A stretch of 64,000 nucleotides of DNA from Octopus vulgaris. Lineage: Eukaryota. This document shows, in pieces, positions 54,653 through 64,000 of the stretch. The number at the start of each line of letters is the position of its first letter. Within the stretch, counting starts at the first letter, position 1. Location: the NCBI GenBank assembly GCA_951406725.2, contig OX597820.1:75950001-76014000 (forward strand), given 5' to 3'. The notes beneath the pieces were generated by a model. The model made no database searches. It had not been told where the DNA came from and saw only the letters and a list, made by a program, of their open reading frames with translations. The translations under genes and the position numbers were made by a program.

Positions 54653-54934
54653 AAAGGGGGAACACAGACAAATAGGCCAACAGGCAGACAAATACAGAGT
54701 GGAGAGAGAGAGAGAGAGAACGAAGCAACAGAGAAATAGAGTGAGAGAGGTGGGAAGTAGAAAGTGACTGAAGCCGCGTAATTCTTGTTAATGAACGAGA
54801 AGGCTTTATTTAGAAACGCATAGACAGCAAGATATAGAGGAATTGGAGAGACGAAAGAATACGAGAGGGAAGGGCAAAAGGAGAAATGCCTTAAAATGAC
54901 TAAAAGAAGGAGGGTGACGAGGAGGAGAGGAAGT

Positions 54935-55022
54935 AGAAGAAGAAGAAGAAGAAGAAGAAGAAGAAGAAGAAGAAGAAGAAGAAGAAGAAGAAGAAGAAGA
55001 AGAAGAAGGAAGAGGAGGAGGA
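54935..55022. repeat. (GAA)n microsatellite
   Basis: Direct reading. Confidence 0.95.
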
Positions 55023-55370
55023 AAGATGCACAACAACAAAAATAGTGGTAGATAGATAGGGAGATAAATTGCGAGGGCGAGAGAGGGAGAGAGAGAGAGA
55101 TTGCATCATAAAGTTTATTTGCACTGTGCCATCACTTCTCTGAGAAGCTGTTGGTATGACTTCGCGATGTACGTCATATCTGATGCATTTAAAACGTAAT
55201 ATAGCTTCAACCACATGGCATTTGATATTTGTGGATTTCTTCCAGAGAGAAGGAGAAAGAAGGGAGGCAGCAAGGAGAGGGAGAAAGACGGAAAGAAGGA
55301 AGTGAAAATAAGGATTGCATCTAGTAGCGAACTGGTGATTTATTTACGAAGAAAGACAAACTATGATTTC

Positions 55371-55610
55371 AGCTCATATGGCATAGTGGTTAAGAGCGCG
55401 GGCTACTAACCCCAAGATTCAGAGTTCGATTCGAGGCAGTGACCTGAATAATAATGGCAATAATAATAATAATAATAATAATAATGATAATAATAATAAT
55501 AATAATAATAATAACATTGAAAATTACCTTAGGAATGACATCCCAGGTTCGAAATTTCCCAAGACACCTGATGAAGGCTGGAGGGTATATCAGCCGAACC
55601 GTTATGTAAA
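55371..55610 (+). mobile_element. tRNA-headed SINE-like element with internal (AAT)n and 3' hammerhead-like motif
   Basis: Box A TGGCATAGTGG 55379-55389, anticodon-like arm ggg-ctactaa-ccc, box B GAGTTCGATTC 55422-55432, (AAT)n 55447-55513, then hammerhead motif 55564-55607. Confidence 0.6.
55564..55607 (+). ncRNA. Minimal type-I hammerhead ribozyme-like motif
   Basis: ACAC-CTGATGA-a-GGCTG gagggtatat CAGCC-GAAc-CG-TT-aTGT; perfect core and 5-bp stem II, GAAA>GAAC substitution. Confidence 0.65.
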
Positions 55611-55647
55611 TAATGTAAAATAAGATTTTACATTAGAGAGGAAAGAA

Positions 55648-55866
55648 AGACGGCGAACTGGCAGAATCATAGCATGCTGGGCAAAAGGTTTCGCGGTATT
55701 TCGTCCGTCTTGATGTCCTGGGTTCAAATTCCACCGAGGTCGTCTTTGCCTTTCATACTTTCGCGGTCGATAAATTAAGTTCCTGTTTAGCACTGGGGTT
55801 GATGTAATCGACTTAATCCCATTTCCTATGAACTTGCTGGCCTTGTGCCAAAATTTGAAACCAATA
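55648..55866 (+). mobile_element. SINE family A monomer
   Basis: gacggcgaactggcagaatc...gggttcaaattccaccgaggtcgtctttgcctttcat...ggccttgtgccaaaatttgaaacc. Confidence 0.85.
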
Positions 55867-55944
55867 TAAAAGAGGAAAGAAATGATGTTGTAAGAGTAAA
55901 TGAAACAAGTCACACCGAATCATCATCATTATCACCACCATCAT

Positions 55945-56548
55945 CGTCGTCGTTGTTTAACGTCCGCTTTCCATGCTGGCATGCGTTGAACGATTTGCCT
56001 GAGGACTGGCAAGCCAGGAGGCTGCACCAAGCTTCAATCTGATTTGACAAGCTTTCTACAGCTGGATGCCCTTCCTTACGCCAACCACTCCGAGAGTGTA
56101 GTGGGTGATTTTTACTTGCCTTCGACACGGGGGTTGGACAGGTGGCACTGGCATCAACCACGCACAAACGGTGCTTTTTAGGCGCGAACGGCACGCATGC
56201 CAATGGGGCGACACTGGCATCGGCCACGCTCGAATGGTGCTTTTTAAGTTTCACTGGCACGGGTGCCAGTCGGGTGGCACTGGCACCGGTCACACTCCAA
56301 TGGTGTATTTTATGTGCCACCGGCACGGGTGCTAGTCGGGCGGCACTGTCATCGGCCACGCTCGAATTATGCCTTTTTAAGTTCCACTGGCATGGGTGCC
56401 AATCGGGCGGCACTGGATTCGGCTACGCTTAAATGGTGCATTCTACGTGCCACCGGTACGGGTGCCAGTCGGGCGACACTGGCATCGGCTACGATGGTGC
56501 TTTTTACGTGTCACTGGCACGGGTGCCAGTCAGGTGGCACTGGCCCCG
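55945..56548 (-). mobile_element. Retroposon-like repeat (short-repeat tail) with internal GC-rich minisatellite
   Basis: Plus strand begins (cat/cgt)n-tttaacgtccgctttccatgctggcatg, contains ggatgcccttccttacgccaacc; orientation inferred from tail. Confidence 0.5.
56135..56548. repeat. 66-bp GC-rich minisatellite, ~6.3 copies
   Basis: Unit starts gcca[a/g]t-like at 56199, 56265, 56331, 56398, 56464, 56525; each with hairpin gtgccagt-N8-actggca[c/t]. Confidence 0.9.
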
Positions 56549-57233
56549 AATATACTTATAATATCAAATATTGATTGCTAACATTGGTACAAGGTAGTGG
56601 GAGGAGTTTGGTCGGTAGTAAATAATTTGAGAACGCGCAATAGTATATGACCTGGTCAATAACGCATAAATTTCAATGGAGTTGTGTGACTAATAACCAT
56701 GTTACAGAAATATAACGAACAATTTTGACACGTCATACTAAACAGTACTGTTAAAATATAAACAAGATTGAACAATAGTTGGGGGTGTATGTGCGCGTGC
56801 AAGTCCAAGTGCGTATTTGCGTTTGCTTGTGTATGTCTGACAGCGTGTGTAATTTTATCTATCATTCCTGGTCTTGTCGTAAGAGCTTATTCTCTCCACA
56901 TCGTCGTCGTCATTATTCTTGCTGTTGTTATTGTTCTTGATACTTTTTCTCATTTACTTTGTCCGTCTCAAGGAAAAAAATACAGAAGCAACTTTTTCGT
57001 TCTTTCTAGCTAAAATCGCTAAATTCTTTCACAGGTTTTCTTTCTTTTTTTATTACTAGGGATTTCTTTATGGATGTGTGCTTTTATGTGCTGGCAAATA
57101 CACTTATAGAATCAAACATGTACAGACATACATATGTACATACATTCACAAGCACATATACATACATACATGTGTATACTTTCACAGAATGCATACACAC
57201 ACACACACATATATATACGTAATTATCTATATG

Positions 57234-57306
<73 letters not shown>

Positions 57307-57330
57307 GTGTGTGTGATTGTGTATAGAAGA

Positions 57331-58366
57331 ATATATTAATAAAAGAATTCCAACCTTGTCTAATTCACGTTTTATTTACAATCTTATAATGATATATTAT
57401 AAGATAATATATTATAATTGAATAAAATAAATGAAATAGTAGAATGTAAATATTCATTCTGATTGAACTATATTTCATGCATTGAATTCTGCAATCTTCG
57501 GTTCATGTAGTAGTGTTGACAGTCATGCTCACAATTTTTGACTGTAGCAAGATGAGTTATTCTGCTATAAATACAGCTGTGCCCAGAGTTAGGTTTGCAA
57601 ACTGTATTCTGACCAATCAGTGTGTATCACTCATTACTTGCTGATTGGTTGGTTGAGCTGATTGGTTGGCATCATGCTTGTTGGACAGTCAAGAGTCCTG
57701 TATCTTGACCCTGGCCGAGCAGAATTGTTGGGTATTTTAGAAATGTTGTAAATATCTTTGTCAGAGATTTTTATATTTTTATATTTCAATTGTCATCATC
57801 ATCATTGTCATATATTGTTGCTAGTGGTGATGGTGGTGGCAATAGAATTTAACCCTAAATAAGATAATTTTCCTGCTATCTTAGCAGGAAAATTATCTTA
57901 TTTAGGTTAAAATATTCACCACCATCACCACTACAAAATAAGGTGCTGACAATGATGATGATGACAATTGAAATAAAATATAAAATCTCTGACAAGATAT
58001 TTACAACATTTCTAAAATAACAGCTGTTGCCAGGGTCAAATACGGACTCTTGACCTTCCAACAAAGCATGATCCAAACAATCATAAACCAATCAGCAAGT
58101 ATGAGTGATACTACACACTGATTGTCAGAATACAGTTTGCAAAACCTATAATTATAGCAGAATAACTCATCTTGCTAGTCAAATGTATATGACTTAACAC
58201 TACTATGAACAGTTGAAATTCAATGCATGAAGTACTATTCAATCAGAATGAATATTTAACATTCACTATTTCATTTTATTTTATTCAATTATAATATATT
58301 ATCTTATAATATATCATTATAAGATTGTAAATAAAACGTGAAAATCAGACAAGGTTGGTCTTTTTA

Positions 58367-58372
<6 letters not shown>
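57331..58372. repeat. ~1.04-kb imperfect foldback (inverted repeat) between (TA)n arrays
   Basis: Centre ttttcctgcta-tct-tagcaggaaaa at 57880; arms align along their whole length (e.g. ccaaccttgtct/agacaaggttgg, gcaagatgagttattctgctataa/ttatagcagaataactcatcttgc). Confidence 0.92.
57465..57504 (-). ncRNA. Degenerate hammerhead-like motif in foldback left arm
   Basis: Minus strand GAA-CCGAAGA-tTGCA gaattcaa TGCAt-GAAA-tatag-TTC. Confidence 0.4.
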
Positions 58373-58414
<42 letters not shown>

Positions 58415-58452
58415 CAAATACATATACATATATTTATATTTATATATATATA

Positions 58453-59278
58453 CTAGCTGACATACCTGAGAATTACCGGGAAAACGGCTTATCCCCTGGT
58501 TGCATTCTCATAAATGTTTCGCTCATCCAATAAAAACAATACTAAGTATGTAGCCCACAAAACGGTTTTTGTGCATTTACAGAGAACTGTCTTACACAGG
58601 ATCTTGTTTTTAGGAATTCCCAATACATTATGAATACCCAAATTGTGAAGTCAATTATGTAATAACATGAAATTAGTTTACCCGATAGTAAGAATTCAAA
58701 TAAAGTAGCCCGAAAAGGGCTTTAATGCGTTTCCAGGCTATATACAACATAGGAAGAAATATTAATAAGGTATGTATACTAAAATCGTGAAGCATGTTAC
58801 ATAATCATATGCTAATCAGATATGAGATAATAACAATTCAAAGTAAATAACCATGTAAAGGGCTTTTGTGCGTTCCATCAGGGGCGCTAGTGTTGCTATA
58901 TTCGTGAATAAGTCACTAACCGAAAATAAGTAGATCTATTGTTTAGGAAAATACTATTTACTTGTTTAAGGGTTGGACTGGATAAATTGCGAAAATAACA
59001 CTAACAGTTCAAATATTAAGAAATAAGCATAATTTAGGAAAATAAATGGGTTATTTCCCTTGGTTTTTAAAATAAAATTTATTAGATATATATGAGGATC
59101 CCTTCCAGGGGCACTATTATCGCTACTTTTTCAACAATCTGAGTATGCCATGAGGTTTCTAGACATGAGTTCTACTCACATGTCAAGTTTCATCAAAATC
59201 GATAAAACGATATCGGAGTAGTTAGCTAACAACTCCACAAACACACCCACAGAGAGTGTTTCTCACATATGTATTAGA
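58453..59278 (-). mobile_element. Non-autonomous Helitron
   Basis: Minus strand starts TC (59278-59277) and ends CTAG (58456-58453) followed by T; decayed 16-nt palindrome cctgagaattaccggg (58465-58480) 8 nt from CTAG; caagtttcatcaaaatcga block recalls Lep1-type non-autonomous helitrons; internal degenerate ~150-bp repeats. Confidence 0.6.
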
Positions 59279-59332
59279 CATATGTATGTACATATACATG
59301 TATGTATATATACATGTATGTATATATACATG

Positions 59333-59375
<43 letters not shown>

Positions 59376-59473
59376 GTTTGTATGTATTTATGCTTTCAGT
59401 GCGAATGTTCTATTTTTCCGGCGTCGTGATTTACAATCCTGTAAATAATAATAATGCTATTTTTTCTATTAGC

Positions 59474-59655
59474 TTAAAGCTTATGGTGCTCACCGTGCAA
59501 TGACTAAGGAACATAGTCTAATAAAGGGGCATATAAACCCTCGACAGAAAAAAGAAGGTTCTCTTGGGAAAGCCTTTTTTTCTGTCGAGGGTTTATATGC
59601 CCCTTTATTAGAATGTTTTCCTTAGTCAACGCACGTTGAACGCCATAAGCTTTAA
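59474..59655. repeat. ~80-bp-arm inverted repeat with perfect 37-bp core
   Basis: tctaataaaggggcatataaaccctcgacagaaaaaa (59517-59553) / ttttttctgtcgagggtttatatgcccctttattaga (59576-59612); outer ttaaagcttatgg/ccataagctttaa. Confidence 0.92.
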
Positions 59656-59668
59656 TCTTATATAAAAA

Positions 59669-59736
<68 letters not shown>

Positions 59737-60139
59737 ATGTATTGTATGTATATTTGTGTATAAAAACACATGCAGAGAGAGAGAGAGAGAGTGAAGTTTA
59801 AAAGATTTCGAACGAGTAAATTTATATTGTAAAAAACAAAACGAAAATATTTGTAGAACTGTATCATGGATACAAAAAAGTAAACGTATTTAGATACAGA
59901 TTCATCCATCACACACACACACACACACACACTGCCACTTTTCTTTGCAAAGTGAAATGTCAAAAATAGTCCATTGCTATTTCTCATTAAACCAAATCGT
60001 TAATGCCTCTCCTTTCTTAAGACAAGGCAAAGCTTAACCAAGCTGAGCAGGAACAAAATCTCGTTGCTATTCCTACAATGTTGGCGATGGCGGGAGCGGA
60101 AATATTAGAGTTAAAGGGTGGCGGTGACTCTGGTGAGCG

Positions 60140-60140
60140 T

Positions 60141-60189
<49 letters not shown>

Positions 60190-60447
60190 AAGCAGCAGTA
60201 GTAGTAGTAGTAGTAGTGGTCGTGATGATGATGGTGGTGGTGATTGTGGTAGTGGAGAGGAAGTAATTAGTAGTCGTGGTAATGGTGGTTGTAGCGATGG
60301 TATTATTATTATGGTAGTAATAGTAGTAATAGTAGTAGTGGTGGTGGTGGTGGTAATAGTAGTGGTGGTGGTAGTAGTGGTAGTATTATTTATTATAGTA
60401 GTAAAAATAGTAGTAGTAATAGTAGTAGTAGTAGTAGTAGTAGCAGC

Positions 60448-60494
<47 letters not shown>

Positions 60495-60587
60495 CGGTGG
60501 TGATGATGGCGATGGAGATGGTAGTTGTAGTAATAGTAGAGGTAATGGTGTTAATAGTAGTAGTAGTAGTAGTAGCAGCAGCAGCAA
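60140..60587. repeat. (GTA)n/(GTG)n compound array
   Basis: Direct reading. Confidence 0.9.
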
Positions 60588-61360
60588 GGTAGAGATTGTA
60601 GAAGGGCTGCATTAGTCATAATATCTAAGTCATTTTCTTTTCTGTTTCGTTTTTCTTCTTTTTGTTTTTTGTTTGTTTTTTTTTTGTTTTTTTTTTTACC
60701 TCCTCCCCCCTCCCGACTCCGCCCCACCATTTTTCTTTTTGGCCAAGAGATGCCATCCGAACGTCTTTACATCAATCATAACGCCATTGCTGATACAAAC
60801 CGCAGCGCGAAGGCTTGTGTGAACTAATAACTGTAACCATGGTTATAGCGAAAGCAAAACAATTTACTGCTTTCGAAATCCTATGTAGAATTATGACGTG
60901 TGTGTGTGTAAGAGTGCATAAGAGTATGTGTGTTCGAGAGAGAGATAGAGAGAGTTTTAGAAGGTATATGTGTTTGTACGTGTGTATGGATGGATATGTA
61001 CTGCTCGCTGTCCTTCCTGTCACACCAAAGAGAGTTGAGAATTTTAAGATGTCTGTTTATATATTCATTAATTTTTATTTATTCATATGTATCTATTTTA
61101 ATATGATGATGGTGACGTGTCAAACGTATTATAGTGGATATTAATCGCCTGTCGTGCTACAAGAAGTGTGTGGAAGATGGTGGGTATATACTCTCATACT
61201 CACACACACACACACACACACATACACACCCATATATATGGCGAGATAGAAATCGACCGATACATACATATATGCAAATATGTTTATAGATATACGTATA
61301 ATTCATAGAAATATATATGTATATATATATGAATATAAATAAATATATATGTTATATGTA

Positions 61361-61410
<50 letters not shown>

Positions 61411-61459
61411 CATACATACACGCACACACACACACACACATATATATATGTATATATGC

Positions 61460-61516
<57 letters not shown>

Positions 61517-61523
61517 GATAGAT

Positions 61524-61595
<72 letters not shown>

Positions 61596-62292
61596 TACAT
61601 ACACGCATATATATGTTTATACATATAGTTTTATTTTTTTGAAACGAAAACGACTGAGCGTTTGTCTCATGTTTCACACCATTTCGATCTTCAGGTGAGA
61701 AGCTCGTGTCGCGACACACACTCTCACCTAGAATTTTTTTTAAAATGAACATATTCCCTACAATATATACTGAGGACTCCTCTCTGATTTATTCAATATA
61801 AAACAATGCACACACACACATACATACACCCACATGTATGCATGTATATATTTATGTATGTATATGTATGCATGCACACGAAGTATGAACAGTAATGCTG
61901 AATACAGATATTGGGATTTGAAATCAGAACTTAAAAACGAAATATTCATCGTATTTCTCCGATGTTTTAGTAATAATGCCCAATGATATTGATGTATTTT
62001 AACTACAGAAAGCAGAAGCTAGCATTTCTCAAGGTCTATATGCAGACATTCTGCCGTCAACTTTAGGAAAATAAATCAAAGCAAAAAAAAATATATATAG
62101 TCGTATTTTCCATTTTGTCAGGAAAGTAAAGGCATCCCCTATGACTTAATATTATTTTAGAGGTTTCTGATTTTGTAGTAGAGAGAAAGAAAATTATCTG
62201 CTAACCAGAAATATTGTCCGAATGCGTTTAACAGCTTCAGCTTTGCTGTATTCATATAATGGTTGGGGAACAAACACAGACACACATATATA

Positions 62293-62323
<31 letters not shown>

Positions 62324-62349
62324 CGATGATGATGATGATGACGATGATG

Positions 62350-62386
<37 letters not shown>

Positions 62387-62432
62387 AAACTAACAACAAA
62401 AGAATAAGACTTCGAGACTAGATAAATAAAGG

Positions 62433-62484
<52 letters not shown>

Positions 62485-62641
62485 ACAGCTTCTTTCAGTT
62501 TCCGTCTACCAAATTCACTCACAAGGCATTGGTCGGCCCAAGGCTATGGTAGGAGACACTTGCCCAAGATGCCACGCAGCGGGACTGAACTCGGAACCAT
62601 GTGGTTAGGAAGCAAGTTTCTTACCACTGAGCCACTCCTGC
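62485..62641 (-). mobile_element. SINE family B, 5' half
   Basis: gcttctttcagtttccgtctaccaaattcactcacaaggc...gacacttgcccaagatgccacgcagcgggactgaac...gccactcctgc. Confidence 0.85.
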
Positions 62642-62966
62642 ATGATCCCTTTCTCTTTTTGATTCAGAGCTAATTTTAACCGGACTTCTTTTTGATGTCA
62701 AGCTTGTAAAGAAATACACTTTGTTTTCTACATCATCCTTAAACTCTTAAGGAACTCTTTCAGATTTTTATTGCCCTAGGTACTGTGATCATTGTAGTGT
62801 ATGAATTAAGGATCTGCATTCTCTCCCCAAAATCCCAGCTTCAGTCATACTTCACTCCATTTGGTTTGTAGGTATCCTGTTGCACCAGTAATAATAGGTA
62901 CGCAACTGAGAATGTATATTAGGGACTGAATTTACCTTTTTTCATTATGTGTATTGCTAGATTTTG

Positions 62967-63021
<55 letters not shown>

Positions 63022-63274
63022 CCCCATAAAAAAATTGCACATACACGCACACCTACACTTGTATGCAAATTTTCTTTGAAATTTAAGCTCTCCTACTTGG
63101 TGTTCAAGCTCATCTCTGACAATGTGACAAGACATTTTATGCAAAGAGTATTTTCGGCATTTATAAGTATAAGGGATTCAGAGAATGTGTACTCATATGT
63201 CGATGTGTATACACCCCTGCACTAATAGGCTAAAATTGTGTATACTTGTCTCCCTCGCTTTACTTGTCTGTCTG

Positions 63275-63345
63275 CATGTACGTACGTATGTATGTATATA
63301 TGCATGCATTTATGTATGTATATATATATATGTGTATGTATATGC

Positions 63346-63415
<70 letters not shown>

Positions 63416-63486
63416 ACATATATATATATGTATGTGTGTGTATATATATATATATATATACATACATACATACATATATATATGTA

Positions 63487-63574
<88 letters not shown>

Positions 63575-63600
63575 TGTATATACACACATACATATATACG
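63275..63600. repeat. (TA)n/(TATG)n/(TG)n compound array
   Basis: Direct reading. Confidence 0.9.
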
Positions 63601-64000
63601 TATCATTCAATCACGCCAGTGGTTGACTATATTAAGTTCACCATTTCGTCAATCGCAGCAGATTCCAAGCTTCACCACTAATTCAGTTCTCAACTAAATT
63701 GCATACTGTTAGCAGTTTTAAAGGGGACACCTCCTCAGCTACACTTTGGCATAAATAGTTTGAGATTTGGTCCAGTAGAAAAAACGTTACATCAAAATAT
63801 CTGCGACCTCAAGGGGGGGGGGGGCAATAAGGACATTGATCTATATACATATATGCCGATGATTTACATACATATTACCTATATGTGTAAAAATATCTCA
63901 TTATGCAATCGCAACAATGAAAGAGCCACCACCTGGTCGCTCGACACGCTAAAAATAGCAGCTAAAGTATCCCCCTACCTAAATCACACGCCCATTGTAC

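Noticed and set aside
55371-55446. Possible tRNA gene
   Set aside because: Acceptor and T stems do not pair well and no oligo-T terminator follows; better explained as a SINE head. The same applies to heads at 15366 and 22600
56135-56548. CRISPR-like regularly spaced palindromic repeats
   Set aside because: Whole 66-bp units are homologous (no unique spacers), no cas genes, eukaryotic context

Overview
AT-rich, microsatellite-saturated eukaryotic non-coding DNA with no credible protein-coding gene. Nearly all ORF-track entries are translations of simple repeats. The repeat content resembles octopod (Octopus-like) genomes; this is inferred from recalled repeat families, not from a search. Contents: (i) about 30 copies of two abundant tRNA-derived SINE families (A and B) plus single copies of other SINE-like elements; (ii) decayed 3' ends of LINEs (CR1/L2/Jockey-type x2, RTE x1, R4/Dong x2 in TAA arrays); (iii) two hAT-type MITEs, one with a perfect 8-bp TSD, and one non-autonomous Helitron; (iv) several long palindromes. 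The main hidden signal is about 10 minimal type-I hammerhead-ribozyme-like motifs (stem I - CUGANGA-like core - stem II - GAAA - tiny palindromic stem III - UH - stem I). They lie in mostly unrelated short inserts, often beside (TA)n arrays, as expected for Penelope-like element termini. They include a perfect 146-bp palindrome holding two head-to-head hammerheads (15098-15243), a tRNA-headed SINE-like element ending in a hammerhead (55371-55607), and two motifs with the compensatory U3-A8 core variant. All structures were read by eye and none has been tested.
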